This document shows positions 18,646 to 27,980 of a stretch of 64,000 nt of DNA, in pieces. Below the pieces are notes generated by a model that ran no database searches, was not told the DNA's origin, and was given only the letters and a program-made list of their open reading frames with translations. Position 1 is the stretch's first letter. Each line of letters starts with the position of its first letter. This DNA is from Anaerolineae bacterium (lineage in GTDB: Bacteria > Chloroflexota > Anaerolineae > Aggregatilineales > Phototrophicaceae). A program made the translations under genes and the position numbers. The stretch lies in contig DAOUBS010000004.1 in NCBI GenBank assembly GCA_034432435.1, positions 3,863-67,862 of the forward strand, written 5' to 3'.

Positions 18646-19204
18646 GATGGTGCTCTCCTGATGAAATACTCTGCCACTGGCAAATGAGCGATTCTGCGTT
18701 GAGATGCCGATAGTGCCGATACGATGGATGCTGTTCGATGGTCTGCTGGCGATGCGCCACCCCAACCACCGACTGCACCCAACGCTCATAAGCGACGATC
18801 GCACTACACAGCGCGTTGTACAGCGCCAGCGCATGGGCCAACTCGGCTGCGTCGCATGGCGCTTGCACATGCGGCAGGTCGTCCGGCTGCCAGATCAGCG
18901 GCTGGGCTGCACAGGGCATATAGAATAGCTCAAAACGCTGCCGAGGTAAATAAAGACTTCCACCAGTTTGACCGATCCACAGCCCCCAACTCCACAACTG
19001 CCAGCCGCTGTCGTGCTGATAGAGGCTGTGAAAGCGCGCATCAGGCGAGGGCTGCTTGTGGAACCCGTATGCTAGCAGCAGGTTGCCGTGCTTGCTCACC
19101 ACGTCACGCCCGAAGCACCACATCTGCACGTCGAGCAGCATCGCCCCTACCTTGCGAACCCCCGCAGGCAGGGCATACCCCACATGTTTCTTTTTGGCGG
19201 CCAT
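18638..19204 (-). CDS. Hypothetical protein with His-rich C-terminus
   Basis: ORF whose stop overlaps the rpmB start by 8 nt. Start chosen at MAAKKKH. Ends in GEHHHA. No recognisable domain. Confidence 0.4.
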   Translation of the reverse strand: MAAKKKHVGYALPAGVRKVGAMLLDVQMWCFGRDVVSKHGNLLLAYGFHKQPSPDARFHSLYQHDSGWQLWSWGLWIGQTGGSLYLPRQRFELFYMPCAAQPLIWQPDDLPHVQAPCDAAELAHALALYNALCSAIVAYERWVQSVVGVAHRQQTIEQHPSYRHYRHLNAESLICQWQSISSGEHHHA

Positions 19205-19246
19205 ACCCGAATTGATACTTCGTCTCATTAAAGTAGAGTCTAGCCG

Positions 19247-19903
19247 ATGGCGGCGCATCTGGCAAGAGTGGGGTCGCTGGGGTATGATTTTTCCATGGTC
19301 GATAACTACTTCGACACCGGTCTTGAACAGCTCGACAACGGCGACTATGAGGGCGCAGTTGTCTCGTTCACGAAAGCGCTGCGGCTAGCGCTGGGCGACT
19401 TGCCGCAGATCCTCATGTATCGCGGCATCGCCTATGGCAACTTAGGGGACTTTCGCCGCGCCTTCGCCGATTTTGACGAGTGTTTCCGCTTAAATGACCG
19501 CTACCCTGACGCCTACAACGAGCGCGGCAACCTCTACCGCGTGCAGCACAAGTACCGCGACGCGCTGCAAGACTACTCGATGGCGCTTGTCTTGGATGAA
19601 GCTTTCCACGAAGCGCGCTACAACCGCGCCCTGTGCTATGAGGAACTCAGCATGCTCGACGAAGCCGAGCGTGACCTCTCGCAGGTGATTCAGGCGCTGC
19701 CCGGCCTATCGCCCGCTTACGAAGCGCGCGGGCGGGTGCGCGCGCGGCTAGGGAAGTTCGACGCGGCCATCAGCGACTATCAACGCTACTTGCGCATGGG
19801 CGGCGGGCGCGAATACGATAACCACAGCGAGATTCAAGCGGCCATCCTCACCTTGCAAGTGCAGCGCTGGACGGCGCGGCTGCTGCGCTGGGGGCGAAAG
19901 TAG
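19247..19903 (+). CDS. TPR-repeat protein
   Basis: Repeated 34-aa TPR-like units (AxxxYxxALxLxP patterns). The start is uncertain; Met at 19295 is an alternative. Confidence 0.7.
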   Translation: MAAHLARVGSLGYDFSMVDNYFDTGLEQLDNGDYEGAVVSFTKALRLALGDLPQILMYRGIAYGNLGDFRRAFADFDECFRLNDRYPDAYNERGNLYRVQHKYRDALQDYSMALVLDEAFHEARYNRALCYEELSMLDEAERDLSQVIQALPGLSPAYEARGRVRARLGKFDAAISDYQRYLRMGGGREYDNHSEIQAAILTLQVQRWTARLLRWGRK

Positions 19904-19905
19904 CG

Positions 19906-20643
19906 TTACAAATCCGTCGGCAGGCTTTGCCACTCGGCACTGGGTTCCATCAGCCAACACATCACATGGTAACGCTCGGCGCTGATGGCGCGGATGAGGT
20001 GGTGCTGCTCGGCGTTGAGGCTGGCGAAGGCGCGCCCAAACGCGGGGAAGTCCCCCTCCATCAGGGTGGGCAGCGTGCCGTCGGCGTGGGCTTGCTCGGC
20101 GGTGATGCGGATCACATCGCGGTAGTTCACGCCCTGCGAGGGCTTGACTCCCAGGGTAATCAACTCGTCAGCGCGGCAGCGCCAGTCCCACAGTTCGGCG
20201 GTGTCGCGCATCCGTGTCAGCTGGTCGGGGCGGCGCAGCTCCGCACACCACAGCAGATCGATTGTCGGTTGCAAGATGTCCAGCGCGTCGGCCAGTTCGT
20301 CAAAGGTGAAGCGGGTGTCAAAGGTGGGGATGAGGTCGATCCAGCGCAGTGCCCACAGCAGCACGCCGAGCGCCTCCAGCCGCCAGCCGGCTTTGACGAG
20401 CGCGCGCGGCGTCCAATCGCCCAGCGGCTTGTAGATCAAGCTGCGCTCAGCTTCGGTCAGGCACGGCTGGAGCCGTTCTTGGTCGATCCACCGATGCAGC
20501 TGGCGGAGCTTCTGCAATCGATCGCTGTGCTCGCGTTCAAACGGAGGGGAACTCAGTTCAAGCTCACGACGGAAAACCAACGCGCCGACACACAGCATCC
20601 GCAGGGTAATGTCTCGGGCGGTCTTCGCTTGGCTGGCGAACAT
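19906..20643 (-). CDS. Hypothetical protein
   Basis: 245-aa ORF with coding-like codon usage. I cannot name a domain confidently. Confidence 0.45.
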   Translation of the reverse strand: MFASQAKTARDITLRMLCVGALVFRRELELSSPPFEREHSDRLQKLRQLHRWIDQERLQPCLTEAERSLIYKPLGDWTPRALVKAGWRLEALGVLLWALRWIDLIPTFDTRFTFDELADALDILQPTIDLLWCAELRRPDQLTRMRDTAELWDWRCRADELITLGVKPSQGVNYRDVIRITAEQAHADGTLPTLMEGDFPAFGRAFASLNAEQHHLIRAISAERYHVMCWLMEPSAEWQSLPTDL

Positions 20644-20812
20644 GTACGCTTCCTAATGACCGAGGGGTATTCTTTGTCATTATGCCACGGCGCTGCGGTG
20701 AACTGAAGAGGGATTAACGCCTCCACGTTTAGCGTGACATCCCCCGACCTTCACCCCTGACTTATCTTGTTCTGCTAGCATCCTGTGTGAAGCATTTCAC
20801 GAGGATTTGAGC

Positions 20813-21967
20813 ATGTGGCGTATTGTTATTTTGGGTGTGGGCTTGGCAGCGGTGACCTTGTTCGGCTTCTCGCTGATCAACGTCAGCGGCGGGAACGACA
20901 TCCGCACGCGGGCGGTGATCCAAGCCCCCGCGACGGATATCGATGGGTTCGCGCGGGCGCTGGCGCCGCTCGACTGGCAGTTCCCGCTTGACTTTGGGCA
21001 GCACCCCGACTTTCAAACGGAATGGTGGTACTACACCGGCAACTTGACCGCCGACAGCGGCGAAGAATTCGGCTTCCAGTTTACAATCTTCCGCCGTGCG
21101 ATGGCCCCCACCCCGCCCGACAGCCCCAGCGAGTGGCGCAGCAACCAGATCTACATGGCGCATTTCACCGTCAGCGACTTGACCAACGGCCAGTTTTTCC
21201 ACGAAGAGCGCTACAGCCGCGCCGGCGACGGCTTAGCCGGGGCGACCGTTGACCCCGTCTTCCGCGTCTGGCTGGAGGATTGGCAGGTGCGCGCGCTCAA
21301 CGACGAGGCGACGCTCACCCGCATCGTGGCCAACGCGGCGGAGTTCGGCGTTGACCTCACGCTCGAACAGGTCAAACCGCCCGCCCTGCAAGGCTACGGC
21401 GGCCTTTCGCCCAAGAGCGCTGAGCCGGGCAACGCCAGCCACTACTACACCCTCTCGCGCCTGCTGACCGACGGCACGATCACCATCGGCGCGCGGACTT
21501 ACACCGTGACCGGCCTCTCGTGGAAAGACCACGAGTTCAGCACCAGCGCGCTGGGCGAGGGGGCGCAAGGCTGGGATTGGTTCGCGCTCATCTTCGACGA
21601 CGGCACAGAGATGATGGTCGGCAAGATTCGCCTTGTAGACGGCGGGCGCGAGCCAGCCTTCGGCGGCCTCTTCATCTTCCCAGATGGCCGCACCCAGTAC
21701 CTGCCCTCTTCAGACTTCACCATCACACCCACCGACACATGGACAAGCCCCCACACCGGCGCAACCTACCCCAGCGGCTGGATCATTGCAGTCAACAGTG
21801 GTGAGCTTCAACTCACCCTCACGGTGACGCCCGCCATGCGCGATCAAGAGCTGCACGGCTCGGACATCGCCTACTGGGAGGGGGCGATCCGCATCAGCGG
21901 CGATAAAACCGGCGTCGGCTACGCGGAACTGACCGGCTACGTGGACACGATGCAGGGGCGCTTCTAG
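20813..21967 (+). CDS. AttH / CrtC (carotenoid 1,2-hydratase)-like lipocalin-domain protein
   Basis: N-terminal TM/signal segment, then EWWYYTGNL...FGFQFTIFR, typical of the AttH/CrtC family. The ATG at 20813 has GAGGA 7 nt upstream. Confidence 0.6.
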   Translation: MWRIVILGVGLAAVTLFGFSLINVSGGNDIRTRAVIQAPATDIDGFARALAPLDWQFPLDFGQHPDFQTEWWYYTGNLTADSGEEFGFQFTIFRRAMAPTPPDSPSEWRSNQIYMAHFTVSDLTNGQFFHEERYSRAGDGLAGATVDPVFRVWLEDWQVRALNDEATLTRIVANAAEFGVDLTLEQVKPPALQGYGGLSPKSAEPGNASHYYTLSRLLTDGTITIGARTYTVTGLSWKDHEFSTSALGEGAQGWDWFALIFDDGTEMMVGKIRLVDGGREPAFGGLFIFPDGRTQYLPSSDFTITPTDTWTSPHTGATYPSGWIIAVNSGELQLTLTVTPAMRDQELHGSDIAYWEGAIRISGDKTGVGYAELTGYVDTMQGRF

Positions 21968-22755
21968 ACGCGGAAGGTGTGCCGCCGAATGGTGGTGCGC
22001 TGTGAGGTGATGTGCACGACGCTGAAGCCGGGCTGAAAGGCGGGATCGCTGATGACCGCGTTGAAGCCGGCGACAGGGTAGCCCATAAAGCCACACCACG
22101 ATGAGCTGCCCGCGCTGTACAGGACGCCGTCGCGCAGCACGTCGAAGGTCTGATGTACGTGGCCGTGGAACACCCCGCGCAGCCGGTCGCGGGCTTGGCG
22201 CGCTGCCGCGTGGAAGGCCGCGCCGTTGCGCATCCCCATGAACTCATCAAACCAGCGCACGCCCACCGGCACAACGTTGTGATGCACGGCGATCACCAGC
22301 GGGCGCTCATCGTCGGCGCGGCACTTCTCGTCCAACCATGCGATCTGTTCCTCTGGCACGCGGCCGGCCGGGTGCTCGTGCGGCTCTACCGCGTTGCTGT
22401 CCATCAGCAGGATCTGCACCCCGTTGATCTCGTGCTCGCTGCGGGGGAAGGGCTGCGAGTTTGCCAAGCCTTGCAGCACGGTTTGTACAGCGGCGCGGTC
22501 GTCGTGGTTGCCTGCGAGGTAGAGCAGGGGCGCTTTGAACTGCGCGAACAACTCGGCGATGCCCGCGTAGACCTCTGGAAACGGGTCGTAGGCGATGTCG
22601 CCGGTGTGCAGGATGAAATCAGGGGTGAAGGGCAGCGCGTTCACCTCCTCGACGAGGCGGCGTGCGCCGACCAGCGGTGGGTAGGGCGCGTAGGGTTTCT
22701 GGTAGCCTGCGTCGAACGTGATGTGTGTGTCGGAAATGTGGACGAAGGTCAGCAT
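21964..22755 (-). CDS. Metallophosphoesterase (CpdA-like)
   Basis: Calcineurin-like motifs: HISDTH, GDIAYD, GNHD, VHHN, GHVH. Confidence 0.8.
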   Translation of the reverse strand: MLTFVHISDTHITFDAGYQKPYAPYPPLVGARRLVEEVNALPFTPDFILHTGDIAYDPFPEVYAGIAELFAQFKAPLLYLAGNHDDRAAVQTVLQGLANSQPFPRSEHEINGVQILLMDSNAVEPHEHPAGRVPEEQIAWLDEKCRADDERPLVIAVHHNVVPVGVRWFDEFMGMRNGAAFHAAARQARDRLRGVFHGHVHQTFDVLRDGVLYSAGSSSWCGFMGYPVAGFNAVISDPAFQPGFSVVHITSQRTTIRRHTFRV

Positions 22756-22763
22756 GCGCGCTC

Positions 22764-25724
22764 CTAGCTGCGGATGATCTCGGCGGTCACCTCGGCCTCA
22801 GAGGTGTTGCCCACTTGGTCGAAGACGACGGCGGTGAAGCGCTCCACCCCCGGTTGAGTGATGCGGAACTCGACGCCGTAGGGCCACTCACGGTCGGTGG
22901 CGATCAGCGTGCCGTTGTGGTAGAACTCGACGCGGTTCACAGCCAGGTTGTCGCTTACGTTGGCCACGATCGGGATCACCGCGTCGGTCGGCATGCGGAA
23001 GATCTGCCCGGGGTCGCCCGCTTGCAGCGTGATCGTCGGCGGCACGTTGTCCACCGTCACCTGCACGAAGTCGCTGTCACGGCTGCCGTCGGCGAAGATG
23101 GCCGTGAGCTGCAAGGTGTAGATGCCGTCTAGGCCGACGGTGTCCCACAGGCCGAGGCTGACGCCGGGCGTAAACTCAGCCAGCGGCTCGCCGATGTTGA
23201 ACCAGCGCGCGGGGTTCAGCCCCTGCCCGTAGGACAGTTGAAGCTGGCGCAGGCGCTGGCCCGACTGGTCAACCGAGCCGCGCACGTCCACCACCCCGCC
23301 CACATAGGCGAAGTTGGCGGGCACGAACAGCTCCACCGAGCGCAACAGGTTCGGGCGGCTGGCGGTGTCGTAGGCGTCTGGCGGCAGCGGCATGTTGTTG
23401 GCGCGCCACCAGTCCATTGCCACCGCAGGCGGGATGAAGTAGAGCATGTCGAGCTGGAGGTTCACCGGAGTGTAGGCGGTGGCACGGGTGCGCGTCTGGC
23501 TGTTGAGGGTGATGCGCTGCCAGAAGTTGTCGGTTTGGAAGGGCGGCACTTGGCGCAGGAACACCTCGGTGTAGTGCGGGCAGTCGACTTCAGGCCGCGG
23601 GATCATGCCGCTGCGTTCGCAGACGATGTACTCGGCGACGCCAGGCGGCTGCGCCCACGTCTGGATCGGCAATCCAGCCGATTCATGGGTGTAGCGCGTC
23701 ACTGCCTGCCAGATGACGGCGGCCCCCTGCTGGCCGTCCAGCGCTAGCGTCATCGGCAGGTCGTCGCTACGCCCGAGGTGGACGGCGGTCAGGCGCTGCG
23801 GCGTGTAGCCAATCGTCCAGTCGTCCACGCGGTCGCTGCTGGTGGCTTGCACGACGGCGGCAGGTCGCCCGGGGTCGAACAAGCTTACGTCGCGGTTGAG
23901 GGTGGCGCGGCGCGTGGCGTTGTCGCTCAGGATGTGGTTGATCAAGTAGCTGAAGTCTTCGCCGAGGATGTTCGTTCGGCTCAAGAGGCGCGCGCGCTCG
24001 TCATATTCCCACAAGACGTTGCCCGCCGCGTCCTCGATCTTCAACACGGCGACGGGGTTACGCGCGCGGAAGCCACGGGCAATCGGCTCTGCGTCCACGC
24101 CCACCATGAAGCCCTGCGCCGCAAACACCGAATAGGCGTAGGCCATGTCCAACACGCTGACTTGGCCGCCGCGCTCCAACAGCGAGAGGTCGTAGCCCCC
24201 CTCGTTCAAGCTGTTGAGGCCGACGACGTGGGCGCTGGCCAGAATGCGGTGGATGTTGCGGCTGTCGGCCACGCCCACCATCGGCGGCAGCAGCCCCGCC
24301 GCCATCGCCTGCCGCAGGTTGATCGGCCCGCGGTAGACGCCGTCGGCGCTCACCGGCTGGTAGATCAAGCCCTCTGCGCGCCCAGGGAAGGGGCGCGGGA
24401 AGTCGTAGACCATCGTCGCGGGGGTGAACTCACCGCTGCGGAAGCCCTCTAGGTAAACGAACGGGGCCAGCGCCCCCGCCGGTTGATGCCGATAGGCGGT
24501 CACATCGCCCACCAGCGCCAAGATCTCGCCGCTGGCCACGTCAAGCGTTAGCAGCGCGCCGCTGTCGGGCAGGGCTGCGCGGTTGACGTTCAGCGGGCTA
24601 GCCAGCAGCGCCGCGGTGAAGCACGGCTCGCCGGTGAGGGTCAGTGTGTCGGTGGGGCGCTGACCGTTCAACTGGGCGAGGTGCGCGCGCAGGCCGCACT
24701 CACTCTGCAAGTAGAGCGGCACATCGAGCGTCGTCGTGATGCGCAGGCCGCCGCGGCTCACCAACTGCGAGCCGTTCAAGCCGTTGTAGGTCAAAATCTC
24801 TTGCGCTTGGTTGCGGGCGTAGCGGGTGAACTCGGGCGCAAGGAGCGGCTCGAGCAGGCTGCGCGTGCTGAGCGGCGTCAAGCGGCTGGAGGCGGTCTCA
24901 AAGTCGCGCTGAGAGATCATGTCGGCGGCGAACATCGCGCGCAGCAGGTCGGCTTGACGGCCACGCGCGGCGGCCTCATTGCTGAAGGGGTTGTAACGCG
25001 GCTCGAGCGCAATCGGGACGAGCAGAGCCGCCTCATCGAGCGTGAGTTCTGTCGCGCTCTTGTCGAGGTAGACGCGGGCGGCGGCCTCAATGCCGTAGGC
25101 GTCGCTGCCATAGAAAGCGGTGTTGAGATACCACTCCAGCAGGGCGCGCGGCGTGTAGCGGCGGTTCAGCTCGCTGATGAAGGCCAAGCGCAGCAGCGGC
25201 GCGTCTAACCCGCTGCGGCCGACCAGCGGCAGCAGCGCGTTGTCCACTAGCCGCGCCGTCAGCGAGTTGTCAGCTATGCCCACGCCCCACAGCGCATAGT
25301 TCCACAGCGCCCCCAACGTCAGGAACGGGTCGAAACGGTTTTCGTCGAGGAAGCGGCGGTCTTCCATCAAGAGGGTGGCTTGCAGCACGTGGCGCGGCAG
25401 CGTGTCGATGTCGATCCACGCGCGGCTGCGCCCCAGCGGGTCGCTGACGCTCAGCAGCAGGGTTTGGCCGGTGCGGTCGTAAAGCTGGGTGGCGCTGCTG
25501 GCGGCGTCGGTGTAGATCGTGTCGGCGGGGGTGGGCAGGACGGCCACCGCCCGCAGGTAGAGCCAGCCGCTGACCGCCAGCGCGCTACCCACGGGCAGCA
25601 CGACGAGCAGCAGCAGCAGCCCGCCGATCAAGCCGCCCCACAGCCGATTTTTGTAAGCGCTGTGGCGCTGACGCTGTTTGCGATTGCGCCGCCGCCGAAT
25701 GATGTGCGCGACCGAGGTCGTCAT
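22764..25724 (-). CDS. Class A penicillin-binding protein (transglycosylase/transpeptidase) with C-terminal Ig-like extension
   Basis: GT51 motif EDRRF followed by a transpeptidase region. The last ~250 aa look like beta-rich Ig-like modules. Start set at ATG 25724, which forms an ATGA overlap with the upstream gene. Confidence 0.85.
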   Translation of the reverse strand: MTTSVAHIIRRRRNRKQRQRHSAYKNRLWGGLIGGLLLLLVVLPVGSALAVSGWLYLRAVAVLPTPADTIYTDAASSATQLYDRTGQTLLLSVSDPLGRSRAWIDIDTLPRHVLQATLLMEDRRFLDENRFDPFLTLGALWNYALWGVGIADNSLTARLVDNALLPLVGRSGLDAPLLRLAFISELNRRYTPRALLEWYLNTAFYGSDAYGIEAAARVYLDKSATELTLDEAALLVPIALEPRYNPFSNEAAARGRQADLLRAMFAADMISQRDFETASSRLTPLSTRSLLEPLLAPEFTRYARNQAQEILTYNGLNGSQLVSRGGLRITTTLDVPLYLQSECGLRAHLAQLNGQRPTDTLTLTGEPCFTAALLASPLNVNRAALPDSGALLTLDVASGEILALVGDVTAYRHQPAGALAPFVYLEGFRSGEFTPATMVYDFPRPFPGRAEGLIYQPVSADGVYRGPINLRQAMAAGLLPPMVGVADSRNIHRILASAHVVGLNSLNEGGYDLSLLERGGQVSVLDMAYAYSVFAAQGFMVGVDAEPIARGFRARNPVAVLKIEDAAGNVLWEYDERARLLSRTNILGEDFSYLINHILSDNATRRATLNRDVSLFDPGRPAAVVQATSSDRVDDWTIGYTPQRLTAVHLGRSDDLPMTLALDGQQGAAVIWQAVTRYTHESAGLPIQTWAQPPGVAEYIVCERSGMIPRPEVDCPHYTEVFLRQVPPFQTDNFWQRITLNSQTRTRATAYTPVNLQLDMLYFIPPAVAMDWWRANNMPLPPDAYDTASRPNLLRSVELFVPANFAYVGGVVDVRGSVDQSGQRLRQLQLSYGQGLNPARWFNIGEPLAEFTPGVSLGLWDTVGLDGIYTLQLTAIFADGSRDSDFVQVTVDNVPPTITLQAGDPGQIFRMPTDAVIPIVANVSDNLAVNRVEFYHNGTLIATDREWPYGVEFRITQPGVERFTAVVFDQVGNTSEAEVTAEIIRS

Positions 25725-26512
25725 GGCGAAGCGGTCGGCTCTGGGCAGCCCATCGTGAGCGGCGTGCCCCATTCGTCAGGGCAGGCGTCTTGGTCGTCGG
25801 GGATGCCGTCACCGTCACGGTCGCTGGGCGCGGTGGTGGGGGGCAATGGGGTGTTGGTCGGCGGCGGGCAGCCTTGGAACTGTGGCAGGCCGGGCACGTC
25901 AGGGCACAGGTCTTGGGTGTCGATGATGCCGTCCCCGTCGCGGTCAGCGGGCAACGGGCAGCCTTGATTGCTGGCAGGGCCAGCTTGCAACGGACATTGG
26001 TCGATCGTGTCGGGGATGCCGTCGCCGTCACTGTCGATAATCGGGATGGCGGTGGCCGTCGGCAGTGGGCAGCCTTGATTGCTAGCGGGGCCAGGCGCGT
26101 TGGGGCACATGTCGAGGTAGTCGGGCACGCCGTCGCCGTCGCTGTCGAGGATGGGCGTCAGCGTCGGGGCGGGCGTGTCGCTGGGTGGGATGAACAGGGT
26201 CGGAACTGGGGTGCGAATCGGCAGGAACTGGCCGGGGGTTGGCAGCAGCGGGCTGAGCGGGGTGAAGGTGGCGAAGGCCGTCGGGAACCCGAGCGGCGTG
26301 CCAGTGGCGCGGTTCATGCCGAGCGGCGTCCACGTCGGGCTAACGCTGTTACTGCCGCTGCCCTGCGCGGTGGCCGTCTGGGTGAGGCGCTGCTGCGCGC
26401 TGCGGTCGGGCGCGGTTGCCCAGATGCCGATGCCCAGCACGTAAAATGGCATCGTCCCCAAGATGATGAGCAGCAGCACGCCGCGCAGCACGGTTCGATT
26501 GCTTCCGATCAT
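25721..26512 (-). CDS. Membrane-anchored protein with four thrombospondin type 3-like calcium-binding repeats
   Basis: N-terminal TM segment, then four copies of D(S/R)DGDG(V/I)(P/I)DxxDxCP...GCP. The ATG at 26512 has AAGGAAG upstream. Confidence 0.7.
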   Translation of the reverse strand: MIGSNRTVLRGVLLLIILGTMPFYVLGIGIWATAPDRSAQQRLTQTATAQGSGSNSVSPTWTPLGMNRATGTPLGFPTAFATFTPLSPLLPTPGQFLPIRTPVPTLFIPPSDTPAPTLTPILDSDGDGVPDYLDMCPNAPGPASNQGCPLPTATAIPIIDSDGDGIPDTIDQCPLQAGPASNQGCPLPADRDGDGIIDTQDLCPDVPGLPQFQGCPPPTNTPLPPTTAPSDRDGDGIPDDQDACPDEWGTPLTMGCPEPTASP

Positions 26513-26734
26513 GGTCGAGCTTCCTTCACAATTTGCGCCCAACTTCTATCTTAAGGGCTTTTCAACGGACTGCAAGACAGCAGAGGGCAACCGTACAAAT
26601 GGCTTGGTGCCCAAGCCTGAGCTGGCGAAGCGAGTCTGGTTGACTCTAGACACTCGCCGCCCAGAGCTTAAGCTTGACGCGACCGCGCTCGGCGATTACC
26701 CTTTGGGTTCAAGTGGTCACTGGACACTCGACCG

Positions 26735-27979
26735 ATGTACCGTCATTCAATGCCGATTCGACGCAACTATCAGAAACCTTTCTTCAGCACGCGGCGCAGC
26801 ACAGGCCGCCTCGTGTACCTGTTAGTGATGCTGAGTCTGATTGTGGGCATCCCGCTGGTGGTGAGCGTGTACTATCAGCCGATTCAGCTAGCCGCGCTGG
26901 ACGCCATCGGCATGGCCCCGACCGCGACGCCGTTCGCGTCGGAGCGGGCGCAAGAGGCCCATCAATTCTACCTGCGCGGCGACATGGCCAACGCCGAGCG
27001 GCTCTACGCGCTGGCCGTCCAGCAGCAGCCGAACAACGTCGATTACCTCTATGAGTATGGCCGCATCTTGATCGAACTGGAACGCAGCCGCGAGGCGGAA
27101 GCGCTCGGCGTGCGCATCATCGAACTCGCGCCGCAAGACCCGCGCGGCTACGCGCTGGCGGCCAACGCCCTCGTCTGGAGCGACCCAGCGCGCGCCATCC
27201 CTTACGCCACCAGCGGCGTCGAGCTGGGCGTCCCGTTTGCCCCGCTCAACGGCGCGTTGGCCATCGCCTACACGAACATCGGGCGCTATCAAGAGGCACT
27301 CCAGCGCGGCGACCTTGCCATCCGTCAGAACCCGATGGACGCGAGCGTGCGCCGCGCCTACGCCTTCCCGCTGACGTGGGTCGGGCGTTGGAACGACGCC
27401 ATCGCCCAACTGGAACAGGCCATCGCCATCAACCCCAACATCACTGCCCCCTACTTTGAGCTGGCTGCGCTCTACCGCCGCCTGAACCAAGAGGAAATGG
27501 CCGTCGCCATCTACGACCGTTTGATCGAACTCGACCCGAACAACGCGCGTGCGTGGCTGCGCAAATGCGAGACGTATGCCGCCGTCGGCCTGTTCCAAGA
27601 GGCCGAGCCGTTCTGCCAGCAGGCGCTGACCATCAACCCACAGTACGCCGACGCGCACCGCATGCAAGGCCAGCTGCGCTACAGCCGCCGCAACTATGAG
27701 GGGGCGATCGACAGCTTCAACACCTGCATCGAACTCGGCGGCGAGTTCATCGAGTGCTACTACATCCGCGGGCTGGCGCACTACTTCCTCGGCCAGTGTG
27801 ACCAAGCGTGGACGGTGCTCAACGAGTCGCTTCAGCGGGCAAAGGCGCAGCCCGTGATCGACTCGATCACTATCGGTTTGACGAACGTCACGCGCAACTG
27901 CGCCGGCTATCAGGGGCAGCAGCTTCCGACGCCGATCCCGCCCACGCCAATCCCGCCCACGCCGATCGGAGGCGTCTGA
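26735..27979 (+). CDS. Membrane-anchored TPR protein, paralogue 1
   Basis: Basic N-tail (RRNYQKPFFSTRR), one TM segment, TPR repeats, and a C-terminal Cys-containing region. Confidence 0.7.
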   Translation: MYRHSMPIRRNYQKPFFSTRRSTGRLVYLLVMLSLIVGIPLVVSVYYQPIQLAALDAIGMAPTATPFASERAQEAHQFYLRGDMANAERLYALAVQQQPNNVDYLYEYGRILIELERSREAEALGVRIIELAPQDPRGYALAANALVWSDPARAIPYATSGVELGVPFAPLNGALAIAYTNIGRYQEALQRGDLAIRQNPMDASVRRAYAFPLTWVGRWNDAIAQLEQAIAINPNITAPYFELAALYRRLNQEEMAVAIYDRLIELDPNNARAWLRKCETYAAVGLFQEAEPFCQQALTINPQYADAHRMQGQLRYSRRNYEGAIDSFNTCIELGGEFIECYYIRGLAHYFLGQCDQAWTVLNESLQRAKAQPVIDSITIGLTNVTRNCAGYQGQQLPTPIPPTPIPPTPIGGV

Positions 27980-27980
27980 G

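Noticed and set aside
25790-26140. Periodic ~100-bp direct repeats that could be mistaken for a CRISPR-like or satellite array.
   Set aside because: The repeats are in frame within a CDS and encode the four TSP3-like DxDGDGxxD units. There is no spacer-repeat architecture.
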